The notes: a model not told the origin generated them from the letters alone. A DNA stretch of 64,000 bases from Chrysomallon squamiferum (GCA_012295275.1 CM022678.1:6634001-6698000), one strand, 5' to 3'; shown: positions 14,308 to 28,150, counted from the stretch's first letter. Numbers and translations: made by a program.

Positions 14308-16130
14308 TTTATTTATGTATTTATTTATTTATTTATTTATGTATTTATTTATTTACTTATTTATTTATGTATTTATTTATTTATTCATTCATTTATTTAT
14401 GTATTTATTTATTTATTTATTTATTTATTTTTTTTTTTTTTTTATTTTTATTTTTTTTTATTTATGTATGTATTTATTTATTTATTTGTTTGTTTATTTA
14501 TTTATTCATTCATTCATCTATTTACTTATTTATTTATTTGTTTATTTATGTATTTATTTGTTGATTTATTTAGTTACTTATTTATTATTTATTTGTTTAT
14601 TTATCTATCTACCTACCTGCCTACCTACCTACCTACCTACCTACCTACCTATCTATCTATCTATCTAACTATCTATCTATCAATTTATGTATGTATGTAT
14701 GTATGTATTTGTGTGTTTCTCTGTCAGGTGAGCCCAGTGAGATGATGGTCACGTGGAGTACGATGGAGGAGGTCAGCACGACTCAGGTTATGGTCAGTGA
14801 CAACCGCTGGTTTCAAAACCCAAATCTGTACTCGGGAACAAGCAAGAAATTTGTGGACGGAGGGATTCTGCACCACACCCAGTACATCCACACGACTTTG
14901 CTTGTAGAACTAACCCCCGGGAAAAAGTACTGTGAGTAAAAAAACAAAACAAAAAAAAAGAGTTATGGTAGACTTAAAAATAAATAAATAATTAAATAAA
15001 TAAATAAACAAAATAATAATAATCATAACTCTATTTCTTGTCTAGTGCTGAAATATATACAGACAGACAGTCAGACAAACAGGCAATGAGACAGATAGTC
15101 AGATAGTCAGACTGACAGAAAGACACTCAGACAGACAGACAGATAGTCAAACAGTCAGACAGACAGACAGACAGTGAGACAGACAATCAGTCACTCAGAC
15201 AGGCAGGCCTGGCATACAGACAGTCAGACAGACAATGAGACAGATAATCAGACAGTCAGACAGACAGAAAGACAGGCAATGAGACAGATAGTCAATCAAA
15301 CAGTCAGACAGACAGACAGACAGACAGACAGGCAGGCTTGGCATACAGACAGTCAGACAGACAATGAGACAGATAATCAGACAGTCAGACAGACAGACAT
15401 TCAGACACAGAGACAGACAGTCAGTCATTCAGACATACAGACAGAGGGACATTCAGACAGACGGACAAAGAGTCACTCAGACAGACAGACCTATACTGTT
15501 TCACTTTAACTCTTAGATTACAAGTGTTCAGGCTCTGCTGGGGTGTGGAGCGCGATGATGTGGTTCACGACGATGCAGTCGGGCAGCGACTGGAGCCCCA
15601 GACTCGTCCTGTTCGGTGACCTGGGCAAGATCAACGCCCAGTCCCTACCCCGCCTCGAGAAAGAGGTTGACATGTATGATGCGGTGCTGCACATAGGTGT
15701 GTGTCGTCGTGTTAGGTTTGTTGTTGTAGTTGTCGTTGTTGTCGTCGTCGTTTTCTTTTTATTATTATTATTGTTGTTGTTGTTGTTGTTGTTCTTCTTC
15801 TTATTATTGTTGTTGTTGTTGTTCTTCTTATTATTATTGTTGTTGTTGTTGTTGTTGTTCTTCTTCTTCTTATTATTATTATTGTTGTTGTTCTTCTTCT
15901 TCTTCTTATTATTATTATTGTTGTTGTTGTTGTTGTTCTTATTATTATTATTGTTGTTGTTGTTCTTCTTCTTCTTATTATTATTGTTGTTGTTGTTGTT
16001 GTTCTTGTTATTATTGTTGTTGTTGTTGTTCTTCTTCTTCTTCTTATTATTATTATTAGTGTTGTTGTTGTTCTTCTTCTTTTATTATCATTATTATTGT
16101 TGTTGTTGTTGTTGTTCTTATTATTATTAG

Positions 16131-16161
<31 letters not shown>

Positions 16162-16256
16162 GCTGTGGTCGTCATCGTCGTCGTCGTCACCATCTGAATA
16201 TATTTTGTAACAATAATAATAATAATAATAACAACAACAATATTAATAATAATAAC

Positions 16257-16298
<42 letters not shown>

Positions 16299-16738
16299 TA
16301 TCATCATCATCATCATCATCATTATTATTATTATCATCATCATTGTTGTGGTCGTTGTCTTTTAATATACATGTATTTCAAGTTGTAATTTTCTTTCAGG
16401 CGATTTTGCCTATGACTTAATGTCTGTAAGTATTACTAGAATAGTAATACAGTTAAAATATTGATTAAAACCTAGCGATTAATAAGTTAATAAATATATC
16501 TAAATAAATAAATAATCGATAAACAAAATATATAAAGAACTGAACAAGCAAATGAGTAAAATGCAATATATACAATAAATATATAAATAAAATTATTAAA
16601 CGAAACCTTTAATAAATGTTACTGAATGTTAGTTTTTAAGTAAATTATTATTCTGATCTGTTTTATTTTTAAATATTATGATTATGATTATACATACATA
16701 CATACATACATACATACATACATACATACATACATACA

Positions 16739-16786
<48 letters not shown>

Positions 16787-17904
16787 AAATTCACTTAAAT
16801 TCACATAGACCTTTTTTTTTAATGATTACTTTTTAAAGAACAGAAATTAATCACTTCCAAAGTGTTTATTTTTTTCACTTTTCAGGAAAATCGGTTCGTA
16901 TGGCGATGAATTTATGCGTGCAATGCAGCCGGTGGTTGGCTATCTGCCTTACATGACGTGTCCTGGAAACCACGAACATTCATAGTAAGTTACACTGGAA
17001 GCTTTCTCATTGGTTGCTGAGAAATAAGGTGGCGGGGAGGCGGGACTAAATATGTAAATAGGCGATACAGAGGAAAGTATGGTTTGAATAGAGAATAAAT
17101 ATTTCCTGTTTTCAGTCTAACAGATTTTACAAAATGAGGTATTACTTTATTATTTTGAAAGATTGGTTATGCGTAATTATAATTCTTTTAAAAGAAGACG
17201 TTATTGTATTCGATTCAAATTTTCGTAACGATGGTGTCTGTGTGTGTGTGTGTGTGTGTGTTTATTTATTTATTTATTTTATATTATTTATTTATTTATT
17301 TATTCATTCATTCATTCATTTCATTTCATTTCTTTTTTCTTTTCTCTTTTTTTTTCACCTCATAAACACTATACATATTATAATATATTAAAAGTTAGTT
17401 TGAATATCATATATAAACCAAGACCATTACAAATTTGTATTTACATGAATGTTTACTAAATTGCTATAATCCCGTATCTGTTTTATCAAATGCTGTGGTA
17501 TGTACTGCACTGTCTAAGGCAAAACAAGACACATTCGGACTAATTAGTAAAATATGCCCATCATGTTGCGACAGCGGGTTTTCTGTTTGATATTATAATA
17601 ATAAAAAAAGTCGTATGTTTAACACCTAGAGAATATTTTGAAATGTTAATTTATTCATATATTCGTTCAGTTTTTAATTCACTTGTAGCAACTTCTCTAA
17701 CTACAAGAACAGATTCGTAATGCCTACAGATGAAGACAGTGTAAATATGTATTACAGGTAATTCATATATATATATATACACACCCACCCACCCACCCAC
17801 ACACATATATGTACATACGCAAAGAAGAACGCATAAACGCACACCACAAATGTATACTCATCCACTCAAATCATTCGTAAGGCAATATATATATCAGTAA
17901 TTAA

Positions 17905-17940
<36 letters not shown>

Positions 17941-18303
17941 CATAATAATAAACCACAAAATCTTTACATAAGTATTCGGTTCTATAATGATCTACCTCTG
18001 TACACATCACATCTATCTGTCTATCTACTCTATACACCCACATATATACGTATATATACATATATATTTCTGTTTTATATATATTTTAATATATATATAT
18101 ATATATATCATTTCATTTATATATATATATATACTATTACTACATAAACTACGGACTGAGCCAGATACTGGAACAATACACACACACACAAGAAGATTTA
18201 TGCTCGTTTTGTTTTCTTTTTTAATATAGACAGTTGTTAATATTTCCTTTCTGTTGGAACAATAACAGAACAATTACTAATAGTTCCTTTCGTTGTAACA
18301 GAG

Positions 18304-18379
<76 letters not shown>

Positions 18380-18714
18380 TGACAGAGAGAAAGAAAGACA
18401 AAGAGCACTGTAATCAAAGAAAAATGAAAAACCTGAAAACAATTTCTCAAACGATTTAAGAACAAGAATAAAAAGAATTTAAAAAAACGATCGGGTTAAA
18501 ACGGGAACAATAATAACGATAATAAACGCTCAAGGTGTGTAATATCGTGAAAACAGTATGCAGTATTACGTCACAAGATGACGTCATTTTTTCCAGAATG
18601 CTAATTTACCGGAGAACAGAGCTAAACAGCCTTGGGTCATAACAATGGGTCACAGACCGATGTATTGTTCCAACAGTGACCATGACGACTGCACGAAAGA
18701 GCGGGACAAGGTGA

Positions 18715-18775
<61 letters not shown>

Positions 18776-19479
18776 GTGTTGTTGTTGTTGTTGTTATTGT
18801 TATTGCTGTCATCATCATCATCATCATCATCATTATTATATCATTATTATTATTGTTATTGTTTTTGTTATTGTTGTCGTTATTGTTATCATCATTATGA
18901 TTATTATTATTATTGTTGTTGTTGTTGTCGTCGTCGTCTTAATCATCATCATCATCATCATTATTATTATTGTTGTTACTGTTATTGTTGCTGTTGTTGT
19001 CGTTGTCATCTGTTTACGTCTGTTGTTGTCGTCGTCGTTGTTGTTGTTGTCATCTGTTTACGTCTGTTGTTGTCGTTGTTGTTGTTGTTGTCGTTGTCAT
19101 CTGTTTACGCCTGTTGTTGTCGTTGTTGTTGTTGTTATCATCATCATCATCATCTGTATACGTCTGTTGTTGTTTGTTGTTTTGTTGTTGTCGTCATCTA
19201 ATTACGTCTGTTGTTGTCGTTGTCGTTGTTGTTGTCATCTGTTTACGTCTGTTGTCGTCGTTGTTGTTGTTGTCATCTGTTTACGTCTGTTGTCGTCGTT
19301 GTTGTTGTTGTTGTTGTTGCTGTCTGTTGTAGGTACGAGTTGGTATCCTCGAGGTGGACGGACTGGAGAAGCTGTTTGAGAAATATGGAGTCGACATCGA
19401 GCTGTGGGCGCATGAACATTCATACGAGAGATTCTGGCCTGTTTATGACAATAAGGTGAACAATAACAATAACAATAAC

Positions 19480-19562
<83 letters not shown>

Positions 19563-20675
19563 TAATAATAATAATAATAATAACAACAATAATAATAATA
19601 ATAGTAGTAGTAGTAGTAGTAGTAACGGTAGTAGTAGTTGAGTAATAGTAGCAGTAGTTATAGAAGCAGTAGTAGTAATACCAGTATAATAATAATATAG
19701 TAGTGGTAGTAGTAATAGTAGTAGCTGTTGTTGCTGTTTTAATAATATATATATATATATTGATTATGCAATGTAAAAAAAAATTATAATGTTAGGGAAA
19801 AACAGTTTGAAATATATCTTTTGTGTGTGCTTATATGCACAGGCTGTGCGTTTGTGCGTGTATATGTATGTGTGTGTGTGTGTTTTATTGTGCGTGTTTC
19901 AGAGTATACAGCTGACTGTAGAAAAGCTGTTGTTTCTGTTTATTTATTTATTGACTGTTTCTTGGTAAACTTACAAACGCAATGTTGAAAGTGGTATTTA
20001 AGTAATCAGTGCTTGTTAACTCGTTTATTTGTTTTTTTCTGTTATTTTTAGTGTTTGTCTCTCTGTTTCCCAGGTTTACAACGGCAGTTACGACGAACCA
20101 TACACAAATCCGAGAGCCCCAGTTCACGTCACAAGCGGTTCTGCGGTAGTAGTAGTATTACACACACGCACACGCACAAACGCACACACACGCGCAAAAA
20201 AAGGACAAGCACGGAAAACCCATATTCACACGCACACCTGCACTTATTACAGATGCAAACAGGAAAACGAACACATAAATACAAACGCAAAATGAACGCA
20301 CAAACATACGCGCACGCGCATACATTCATACACGCACACTGAATGAAATGAATGAATGAATAAATGAATGGAAGTTATTAAGGTAATGGATTAATTTCAG
20401 GGATGTCAGGAATTTATTGACCACTTTATCAAAAACCCTCCTTCGTGGTCGGCTGTTAGGATTTCTGACTACGGCTACGCCCGAATGTACATCTACAACA
20501 GCACGCACGTGCACATAGAACAGGTGTCGGATGATAAGGTAAGTTTTGTTAACGTTCTTGTAATGATTTGTTACATTTTCCACTTCGGGAATATTCGCGT
20601 GTTTCCGTATATAGTCGTTTAATTCGTTTAAAAAAAATGAAATAAAATAAAAAGATAATAATAATAATAATAGTA

Positions 20676-20715
<40 letters not shown>

Positions 20716-20724
20716 TAACAATAA

Positions 20725-20778
<54 letters not shown>

Positions 20779-21227
20779 AATAAATATATAAAGAGGCTAC
20801 TTAATACAGCAAACAATTTTGAAAAGTTATTTTACTTACGAGAGTATCAAAGTCATTAATCCATTGTAGTGACGTCATACAATTGCCTGGTTACAAAGAC
20901 TCTCTTTGCGCATGTTACTTATTAATAAACATGTTTTTATCGAGATTTACGTTGACGGGATGTATTTATTTATTTATTTTTTTTATTATTAATATTTATT
21001 TTTGTTTATAATATCTAACAAATGTAACTAAATGCCTACCGAATGATGAAACATAAAATATATTTAGTGAATAATCGATTTAATTTTAAAAGATGTTTGC
21101 ATTTACATTTTAATTTTTTTTTTTAGTATAATTTTGTTCTATCTGTTTTCAGGATGGAGCCATTGTCGACAGCATAACGGTAATTAAAGATCACCATGGA
21201 CCTTACGGATTTCAGAACTCGTCATAA
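12289..21227 (+). CDS. ACP7: Acid phosphatase type 7 / purple acid phosphatase long form (secreted metallophosphoesterase), 12 exons, about 435 aa
   Basis: Exons assembled by hand. Signal-peptide-like N-terminus (MFSLLCLTFCFASVFS), PEQIHLSYG, VTWST, FVDGG...YIH. All five purple acid phosphatase metal-ligand blocks are present: GDLG, GDFAY, GNHE, TMGH, AHEH. The C-terminal YTNPRAPVHVTSGSAGC...YGY...QVSDD.DG is collinear with human ACP7 as recalled. Exon 5 has a +1 insertion and exon 7 is corrupted. Confidence 0.92.
12967..14014. repeat. ~1-kb minisatellite, 20-24-bp unit (acacacagacatacacatagacag), in ACP7 intron 1
   Basis: Directly visible tandem units. Confidence 0.95.
14728..14931 (+). CDS. 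ACP7: ACP7 exon 2 (EPSEMMVTWST...FVDGGILHHTQYIH...LTPGKKY)
   Basis: Acceptor ctgtcag ends 14727; donor gtgagt at 14932; phase 1 to 1. Confidence 0.92.
15057..15490. repeat. Degenerate (GACA)n/cagtcaga repeat with an internal duplication, filling ACP7 intron 2
   Basis: ggcatacagacagtcagacagacaatgagacagataatcagacagtcagacagacaga occurs twice (about 15211 and 15340). Confidence 0.9.
15517..15696 (+). CDS. ACP7: ACP7 exon 3 (YKCSGS...WSPRLVLFGDLG...MYDAVLHIG)
   Basis: Acceptor tcttag ends 15516; donor gtgtgt at 15697; contains the DxG motif. Confidence 0.92.
16400..16425 (+). CDS. ACP7: ACP7 exon 4, 26-nt microexon (GDFAYDLMS)
   Basis: Acceptor ttctttcag ends 16399; donor gtaagt at 16426; encodes the GDxxY metal motif. 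Confidence 0.9.
16886..16984 (+). CDS. ACP7: ACP7 exon 5 (ENGSYGDEFMR...YMTCPGNHEHS), carries a +1 insertion at about 16887-16892
   Basis: Acceptor ttttcag ends 16885; donor gtaagt at 16985. The GNHE motif is in frame only after one base is removed near the exon start. Confidence 0.88.
17689..17757 (+). CDS. ACP7: ACP7 exon 6 (YNFSNYKNRFVMPTDEDSVNMYYS)
   Basis: Acceptor ttgtag ends 17688; donor gtaatt at 17758; phase 2 to 2. Confidence 0.9.
18084..18203 (+). other. ACP7: ACP7 exon 7 remnant, partly overwritten by (AT)n and (CA)n; splice sites not recognisable
   Basis: Fragments FN...IISF...YYYYINYGLSQILEQY....EDL lie in the order and near the spacing expected for ACP7 (WDLGPAHIISFSTEVYFFLHYG...QFRWLESDL), between exons 6 and 8. 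Confidence 0.75.
18597..18710 (+). CDS. ACP7: ACP7 exon 8 (NANLPENRAKQPWVITMGHRPMYCSNSDHDDCTKERDK)
   Basis: Acceptor ttttccag ends 18596; donor gtgaat at 18711. Confidence 0.92.
19003..19330. repeat. About 7 copies of gtcatctgtttacgtctgttgt embedded in (GTT)n, in ACP7 intron 8
   Basis: Copies at about 19005, 19049, 19096, 19150, 19194, 19234 and 19272. Confidence 0.88.
19333..19455 (+). CDS. ACP7: ACP7 exon 9 (VRVG...GLEKLFEKYGVDIELWAHEHSYERFWPVYDNK)
   Basis: Acceptor ttgtag ends 19332; donor gtgaac at 19456; HxH motif. Confidence 0.92.
20074..20145 (+). CDS. ACP7: ACP7 exon 10 (VYNGSYDEPYTNPRAPVHVTSGSA)
   Basis: Acceptor tttcccag ends 20073; donor gtagta at 20146. Confidence 0.9.
20401..20538 (+). 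CDS. ACP7: ACP7 exon 11 (GCQEFIDHF...WSAVRISDYGYARM...EQVSDDK)
   Basis: Acceptor tttcag ends 20400; donor gtaagt at 20539. Confidence 0.92.
21153..21227 (+). CDS. ACP7: ACP7 exon 12, terminal (DGAIVDSITVIKDHHGPYGFQNSS*)
   Basis: Acceptor ttttcag ends 21152; TAA at 21225-21227; AATAAA at 21263-21268. Confidence 0.9.
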   Translation, partial: DGAIVDSITVIKDHHGPYGFQNSS

Positions 21228-21525
21228 ATCATCTACTCCGTAAAAACATAAATACTACCACTAATAAAATCAGTCATTCACTTTACTTTCATCTCTTTCC
21301 ATATTTATTTAATTTTTAACTGATTGCCTTTATATACCAACGACTGAATGTACCAAAGATTGAATGTGGCTATTTCTTGAGGTCTGAAAGCATTTTAGTA
21401 TGCTCGGTTAATATCTGTTATTGTTTCTAAATTTGTTTTTTTTTTTTTTGTTTGTTTGTTGTTGTTTTTGTTTTGCATTTTTTTTATTTGTTTATTTTTT
21501 TTTCTCTCTCTCTCTTGTTTATATA

Positions 21526-21668
<143 letters not shown>

Positions 21669-21761
21669 TTAGGTTTAACTTACAATTATGTATATTCTGT
21701 TTCTTATCTTTCTTTTCGTTTTATAAAACATTTATTATAGTAATTTTTATATAAATACAAC

Positions 21762-21795
<34 letters not shown>

Positions 21796-22425
21796 GCACA
21801 CACACACACACTGGCTTGTCATAGTGACACAATGATAACCTATTTTCAAACTAGTGTTTAATAGATGTCTGCAGACAGATAAATATACATTGTTTTTTTT
21901 CTATCTTCTTCTTTTTTTAAGTTGATTCTATTTTTGGTCAGGGTAAAGGTCACACATTTGACCACCTGTCTTTTCGCTCCCAGTCGCATGATATGAGTTG
22001 TCACGTTTCATCAAAGTGCAGATACGTAAACGTGAATGCGTGTGCGTTTGTGTTTGTGTGTGGTGTGTGTGTGTAAATATATATATTGTTTGAGTGTATG
22101 TGTATAATTATGTAATGATAATATGCATGTATGTATGAATATATGGATGGATGGATGAACTGATGCATGCATGTATGTATGCATGTAATGATTATATATG
22201 TATGTATGTATGTAATGATGTATGTATGTTGTATATATGTAATGATTATGTGTGTGTGTTTATTATATATATATATATACAAATGAACGCATATATTCAC
22301 ACAAACACATTTTACAAGCTTCAGTCTATAATACGTAACTGAAATAGATTCCCAGACATCAAATCAATACTAGCAGATATACTCTATCGCAGATGGCCAG
22401 ACTCTTACCAGTTACTGTATCTCAG

Positions 22426-22463
<38 letters not shown>

Positions 22464-22676
22464 GGCACTCACACACACACATATAAATAAATAAATAAAT
22501 AAAATTAAATATATATATATAAAATAAATAAAAATACGAAAAGAAAAGGAAAAATAAATAAACAAAATGAAAAACAAGACAAGAAAAATCATTTTAACGA
22601 TCTCATTGGTTACGTCAAAGACAGAAGACAAAAGTCTGATAATTTGACCTAAATGCTCTTCCGTAGCGAGCGAGCG

Positions 22677-22750
<74 letters not shown>

Positions 22751-23164
22751 AACTTGAAATGATCCGAGCCTAGGTCACTCGGTGTTTGTTATTGATGTTT
22801 TTAACAAAACAACACATCCGGGCTAACGAACTTCCACCGCCATTTATAGAAGACAGCGTGGTGCATCTTTGTCGAGGTTTCAGATAATGCCTGAACTATT
22901 TCGATGCCGTATATTTCGAGATTATGGTTTCTTTTTGTACGAACAGAACTGATATAAAAAGATTGACAGATAGATGTGTTGAAAAGAGCTATGAACCTTG
23001 CGTTCTCAGATAATGTTTTCTGGGTTGGGTTTTTGTCAGTATTTTTTTTTTCTTTTTTTTCTTTTTTTTTGTTTTCTCACGATATATTTTTTTCTCTGTC
23101 TTATACTCATTGATTGTTCTTGTTGTTGCTGCTATTATTATTATTATTGCTGTGCTGTTGAGTA

Positions 23165-23230
<66 letters not shown>

Positions 23231-23737
23231 CGTTTTTTTGTTCGCTAGAAAAATCGAATCTGCGATGTATTTTATTTTTATGTTGTCATTTAAAATAACA
23301 AAGTGAATAAGGCATTAAGAAAATGATATTATTATCGAGAAATTTAATATCTACAGGGTTTTCTTTTTCGAGGTGTTACATTGTGTGTGTGTTGTTTATC
23401 TACCTTAATCGCGTTTTACAATCAATTGTTTCATTGCAACTGTTGACTCTTTAGAAACAGTTCTGTGAGAATAAAAGATGACAGTAAGCTTTAATGAAGA
23501 CCAGTGTCTCATAATTTGATCGTTGTGCATCTTAAATCAAGTCTGTTAAAAGTCTTTTTGTACATAATTATTTCATATTTCCCTTTTGGTAACAGGCACA
23601 AGAATAACATCCATAAGAAACGTGAATTCTTTTTTACACGTACCTTCTTGTTGATAGATAATCACGTAACGATGACGTAATAAATATTTAAATAAATAAC
23701 AAGGAGTGAATACCGGTTAAAAACAACAAACAAACGT

Positions 23738-25200
23738 AAATGGCTGAGTAACTTTATTTGTTACCTAATGAACTACTACGATTAACAAAGTAAATACCAG
23801 ATGAGGTAAAATGCACATGTATTTATCATAGTTAACAATATTGAACAACAAATTATCTGATCCCTATGATTAATTGCAATATTTTTTTTTTATACAGCTA
23901 AATGAATTAAAGAAATAAACACTGACCTGCAACGATTTTTTTTTTTTTTTTTTTTTCAAAAGAAATATTTATTTTCACAAAACTGGCACACGGTGGTGCC
24001 TAAACAAAAAAAGGAGGAAAAACGATTCAAAAAAGAAAGCGTGAAGGAAAAGAAAGGGAAAAAAAAAAAAAAAAAAAAAAAAACGAAGAGAAAATACAGT
24101 GGTTGTCATTACTATTCCCTGAATTGTAATGTTTGAGAAAAATGAGATTTTGAGCAAACGATTTGATGATATCGATGATTTTATTAAACATGCTGTTGTA
24201 AGTTAAAACACCAGTCCTTTCTGAATTTTCGTAAAATTAGTCTCGATTTAACTCCGACTTGTATGCCTCTACGTAAACTACAAAGAGGTCGATAGTACAA
24301 ATATTTTCTTATTTACGTCTGGCTAATTTTCAAAATTGATTTATATGATGCCAAATAAAACTGTTTAAGATAACTAATGTTACACATAATCAACTGGTTT
24401 TATAAGCAGTAATTTGTCATTGTTTTGGGTATATCGTTTGTTTTTTTACAGTTCGCCATTTAATTATTGTTTTCTATAAAATATAAAACGTCACCATTTG
24501 CTCAAAATCTCTCATCCCAAATGAGGTAGTCTCCAAGTATTCGCAGACGTACAGTCCGCAATTTTGAAACAGAATTGAACGAAACCGTGTATCCACGAAT
24601 ACACCACAAAAAAAAAAAAAAAAAAAATGGCCGATGATTCAGCCAACCAAAAAAGTATACAAATCTGTACAAATATATGGTGAATATACACCCATATATT
24701 GCAAATCATCGAAGGCAGCCATATTGTATACAGAATTGTATACGTACATCACAATACACTGCAAAGATTAAATAATAAATGTACATGAAGGCTGCATACC
24801 TGTTTCATTCGAGTATCCTACAGAGTTAGTTGTTGTCGATGCACCAGTAGTAACCGTCGTAGTAGTAGTAGTAGTAACAGTAGTAACAGTAACAAATAAA
24901 ACTGTGACAGGATATTTAGTTATTGCAATTTTGAATGATTTAAAAATAATAATATTAAGAAGGCTGATTCAGAACAACAGAAAAACAAAAAAAAATAAAT
25001 AAATAAATAAATAAATAAAATAAAATAAAATAAAATACAATAAAATAATTTGATAATAAATAACAAATTAATAATATGGTCCAACAACAAACTGCATGGA
25101 TCCTGTTTGTGTAATGATAGGATACTCTTATAAAAAACAGGTAAGTGATCTTCAAAGGTGAACATGGTTTTCATTATGAAATATCAATTATAAATCAGAA

Positions 25201-25233
<33 letters not shown>

Positions 25234-27523
25234 TTAAAAGCAGTCTGTACTTTTATGAGTATTCTGTTCTTAATGTTTCCTCTATTTATGCTTTTAACTG
25301 ACTCAATCATCCAGAGGAACTTAAAATAAATGAATGGCCTTCCCATAATCATCTAAAAAAAAAAAAAAAAAAAAAAGGAGAATATTTCTGTAACAATCAG
25401 TATCTCATTCATTATAATTATTGACTAATTTCAAATTTATAGCTTTTGTTCATTTATGACAAAGAAATAACAACTGCACCTTCTGTGACCATCTCAAAAT
25501 GAATAAGTATGTATATCAGTTTTTATTATAGATATTTCATTAAGATTTCCGTTTATTTTAATGTGAATCAGTTCAGAAACTATCAAAGCCTTACGTAATT
25601 AAATTTTTTAAAAAGATTAAATGTGAAGTTAGCCGAGAGAGAAATTTGTTTAAAAAATAATATCTGCAGCTGTTAATTCACATTGTGACAATATTGAAGT
25701 ACATAAACATTTTCAGTTACTGATTTTGAGCTATTTATAGGAACCAATCACATATTTGTTATTATTCTGACCATCCAGGAAACAACCCAATCAACAAACA
25801 GTAAATATTAACTGCGATAATCAATCCAGCAGTGTTCTCAGTACCAATCACCGAAGAGGAAATATAAACTTCCTAAACTATATTCTATTTTTTTTTTAAT
25901 CATCCACAAATGAGCAATCAACAAACAAAAAAATATTAACTGCCAAAGACCACCAAGAAAAAAATGTTGAATAATTTCATCTTTTTTAAATAACAAATCA
26001 ACAAACAGAAAATATTAACTGTCAAAAAAAAAAAAAAAAAAATTAAAATTAAACAAAATAATAATAAAAATGAAAAAAGAAAACTACAAATAATGATAGA
26101 AAATAAAAACAACACAAAAACCTATCAAGTAAAATGAACTTTTGGCAAGAATGCGTAGTTTGTAATTCTATATCACATTTACTTTTTGAAGAAACTGAAC
26201 ACAAATTATTGCCCTTTGGGGAAAATGCCAAAGTATGAAACATATTAATTCACCAGGAATTTGTAACTGAAAAAAATAATCTCAAATTTCACCGGGATTA
26301 ATATTTTTCACTTCATCAACATGTCATAGCCTGTGATACTCCAGAAGGAAAAAAACTAACCTAAATTGTGTTTAAACAAAAAACATTTAAATTTTTTTTT
26401 TTTTAATGTTAATAAAGAAGAAATAATTAATGGATACGGAAATAAAAAAAAAATGTGCCTGTTTGTCAAAATCAAACGTTATATAAATTTGAAAAATAGA
26501 TTTTAATTTTTTTTAAATAACTAAAAAAAAAAAAAAAATTAAAAAATATTATTAACTGATATCTTTCATAATTTTATTAATTTTTAATATATTTTTTTTT
26601 TATTATAAAATTACAAATATTGCTTTGAAAACAGCCAAAAACATTTTGCTAATTTTAACTCTTTTTTGACACTTTATTTCTGAATACACTTCTTCAAACC
26701 TTTCAGTGCAACAACACCATTTGGTCATTATCATTCTCTTGACCATCTGACCATCACTTTTTCAAAATAACAACTCTGTTTGGTCATTACCAATCACTTG
26801 ACCAACTAACCATCACCTGTGTCCAGTGACTGTCCAGAATCTACTTTCAGCACACTAACCAGATATTATAGAAAAACTGTCCACATTCAGAAAAAAAAAA
26901 AAAAAAATGTTTCACCTGAATTATCTTCTTACATATAAACTATTAGTATTACATATTTCAAAACGATGCTAACTTCACATTTAACTTTTTAACAAGACTG
27001 AAAGTAATTTATAAAACTGACTTCAATATAATCTTAATTTTTGAAATTAAGGTGCAGAGCTATAGAATAATTTTGTTGAAAAAAAGGACCCAGCTGTGAC
27101 ATATAAACTCGTCATTGTTATAGAAAAATTCTTAAAAATTATTTTCGCACAGTAAAAACATCATTACCCTCCTTCAGTATTCCAGTTGACTGAAAACCTA
27201 AAGAGTTTTATTTAATTTCTTATTTTCATAATCCTAAAGAAATTTTTTCTTATTTATTTTAAAAAAGCACACGATTCATCTGAGCTGCCATATTTCATTT
27301 TACTCAAGTCCTCTGGATTAATGATCCGATATGGCCAAAAATCTTGCTTGAACGCAGTAGAAGAATAAGAACAAATTTTTAATTTAAAACCTTCAATTCC
27401 TATCTCAAGTTTCATTCAATCGTACTCTTCCAAAGTTTTTTCTGGACAGATATAATTTTCTTATTTTATAACATACTTGACAATGATCACCATGTTCATT
27501 GTGAAAATTCTGTGTGTACAGTT

Positions 27524-27578
<55 letters not shown>

Positions 27579-27900
27579 AAAACAAAGAAGAATAAAAAAA
27601 GCAATGTACAGTTTTCATATATGCACATACAAGCATTTATATATATGTAAAAAGAAGGAAAGAAAAAAATATGAATATTCATGGCAGTTCTCCACCAATC
27701 AAAAATAAGCTGCCTGTGCATGACCTGTGACCCCTATCTGCTCCTGAGTGCATTGAAGTACATGAAATCTTGAAAGCTTTGCATAATTCAGTCTAGTGAA
27801 CTTGTAGTAACATGTCAGCCCTTTTAGTGCCAGGTGTCAGATACGTTACAGTGTTAATTTAGTGATTTAATAACTGTTTGTACTTATTATGTCAATTGAC

Positions 27901-27941
<41 letters not shown>

Positions 27942-28150
27942 CAAGTGGAGAATTATTACTTGAATTCTGTATTATACATATCTTTATTTTCATCATCATC
28001 ATCATCTTAATTAATCAGCTGATATTTTTCCATAATCTGAGTTCCTTGCATATGAACAGAGACAAGAAAAGTTTGAGTAGAAAACAAATATCCCTAGCCA
28101 TCAAAAAAAAAAAAATAATAATAATAAATAAAAATAAAAAAAAAAATAAA

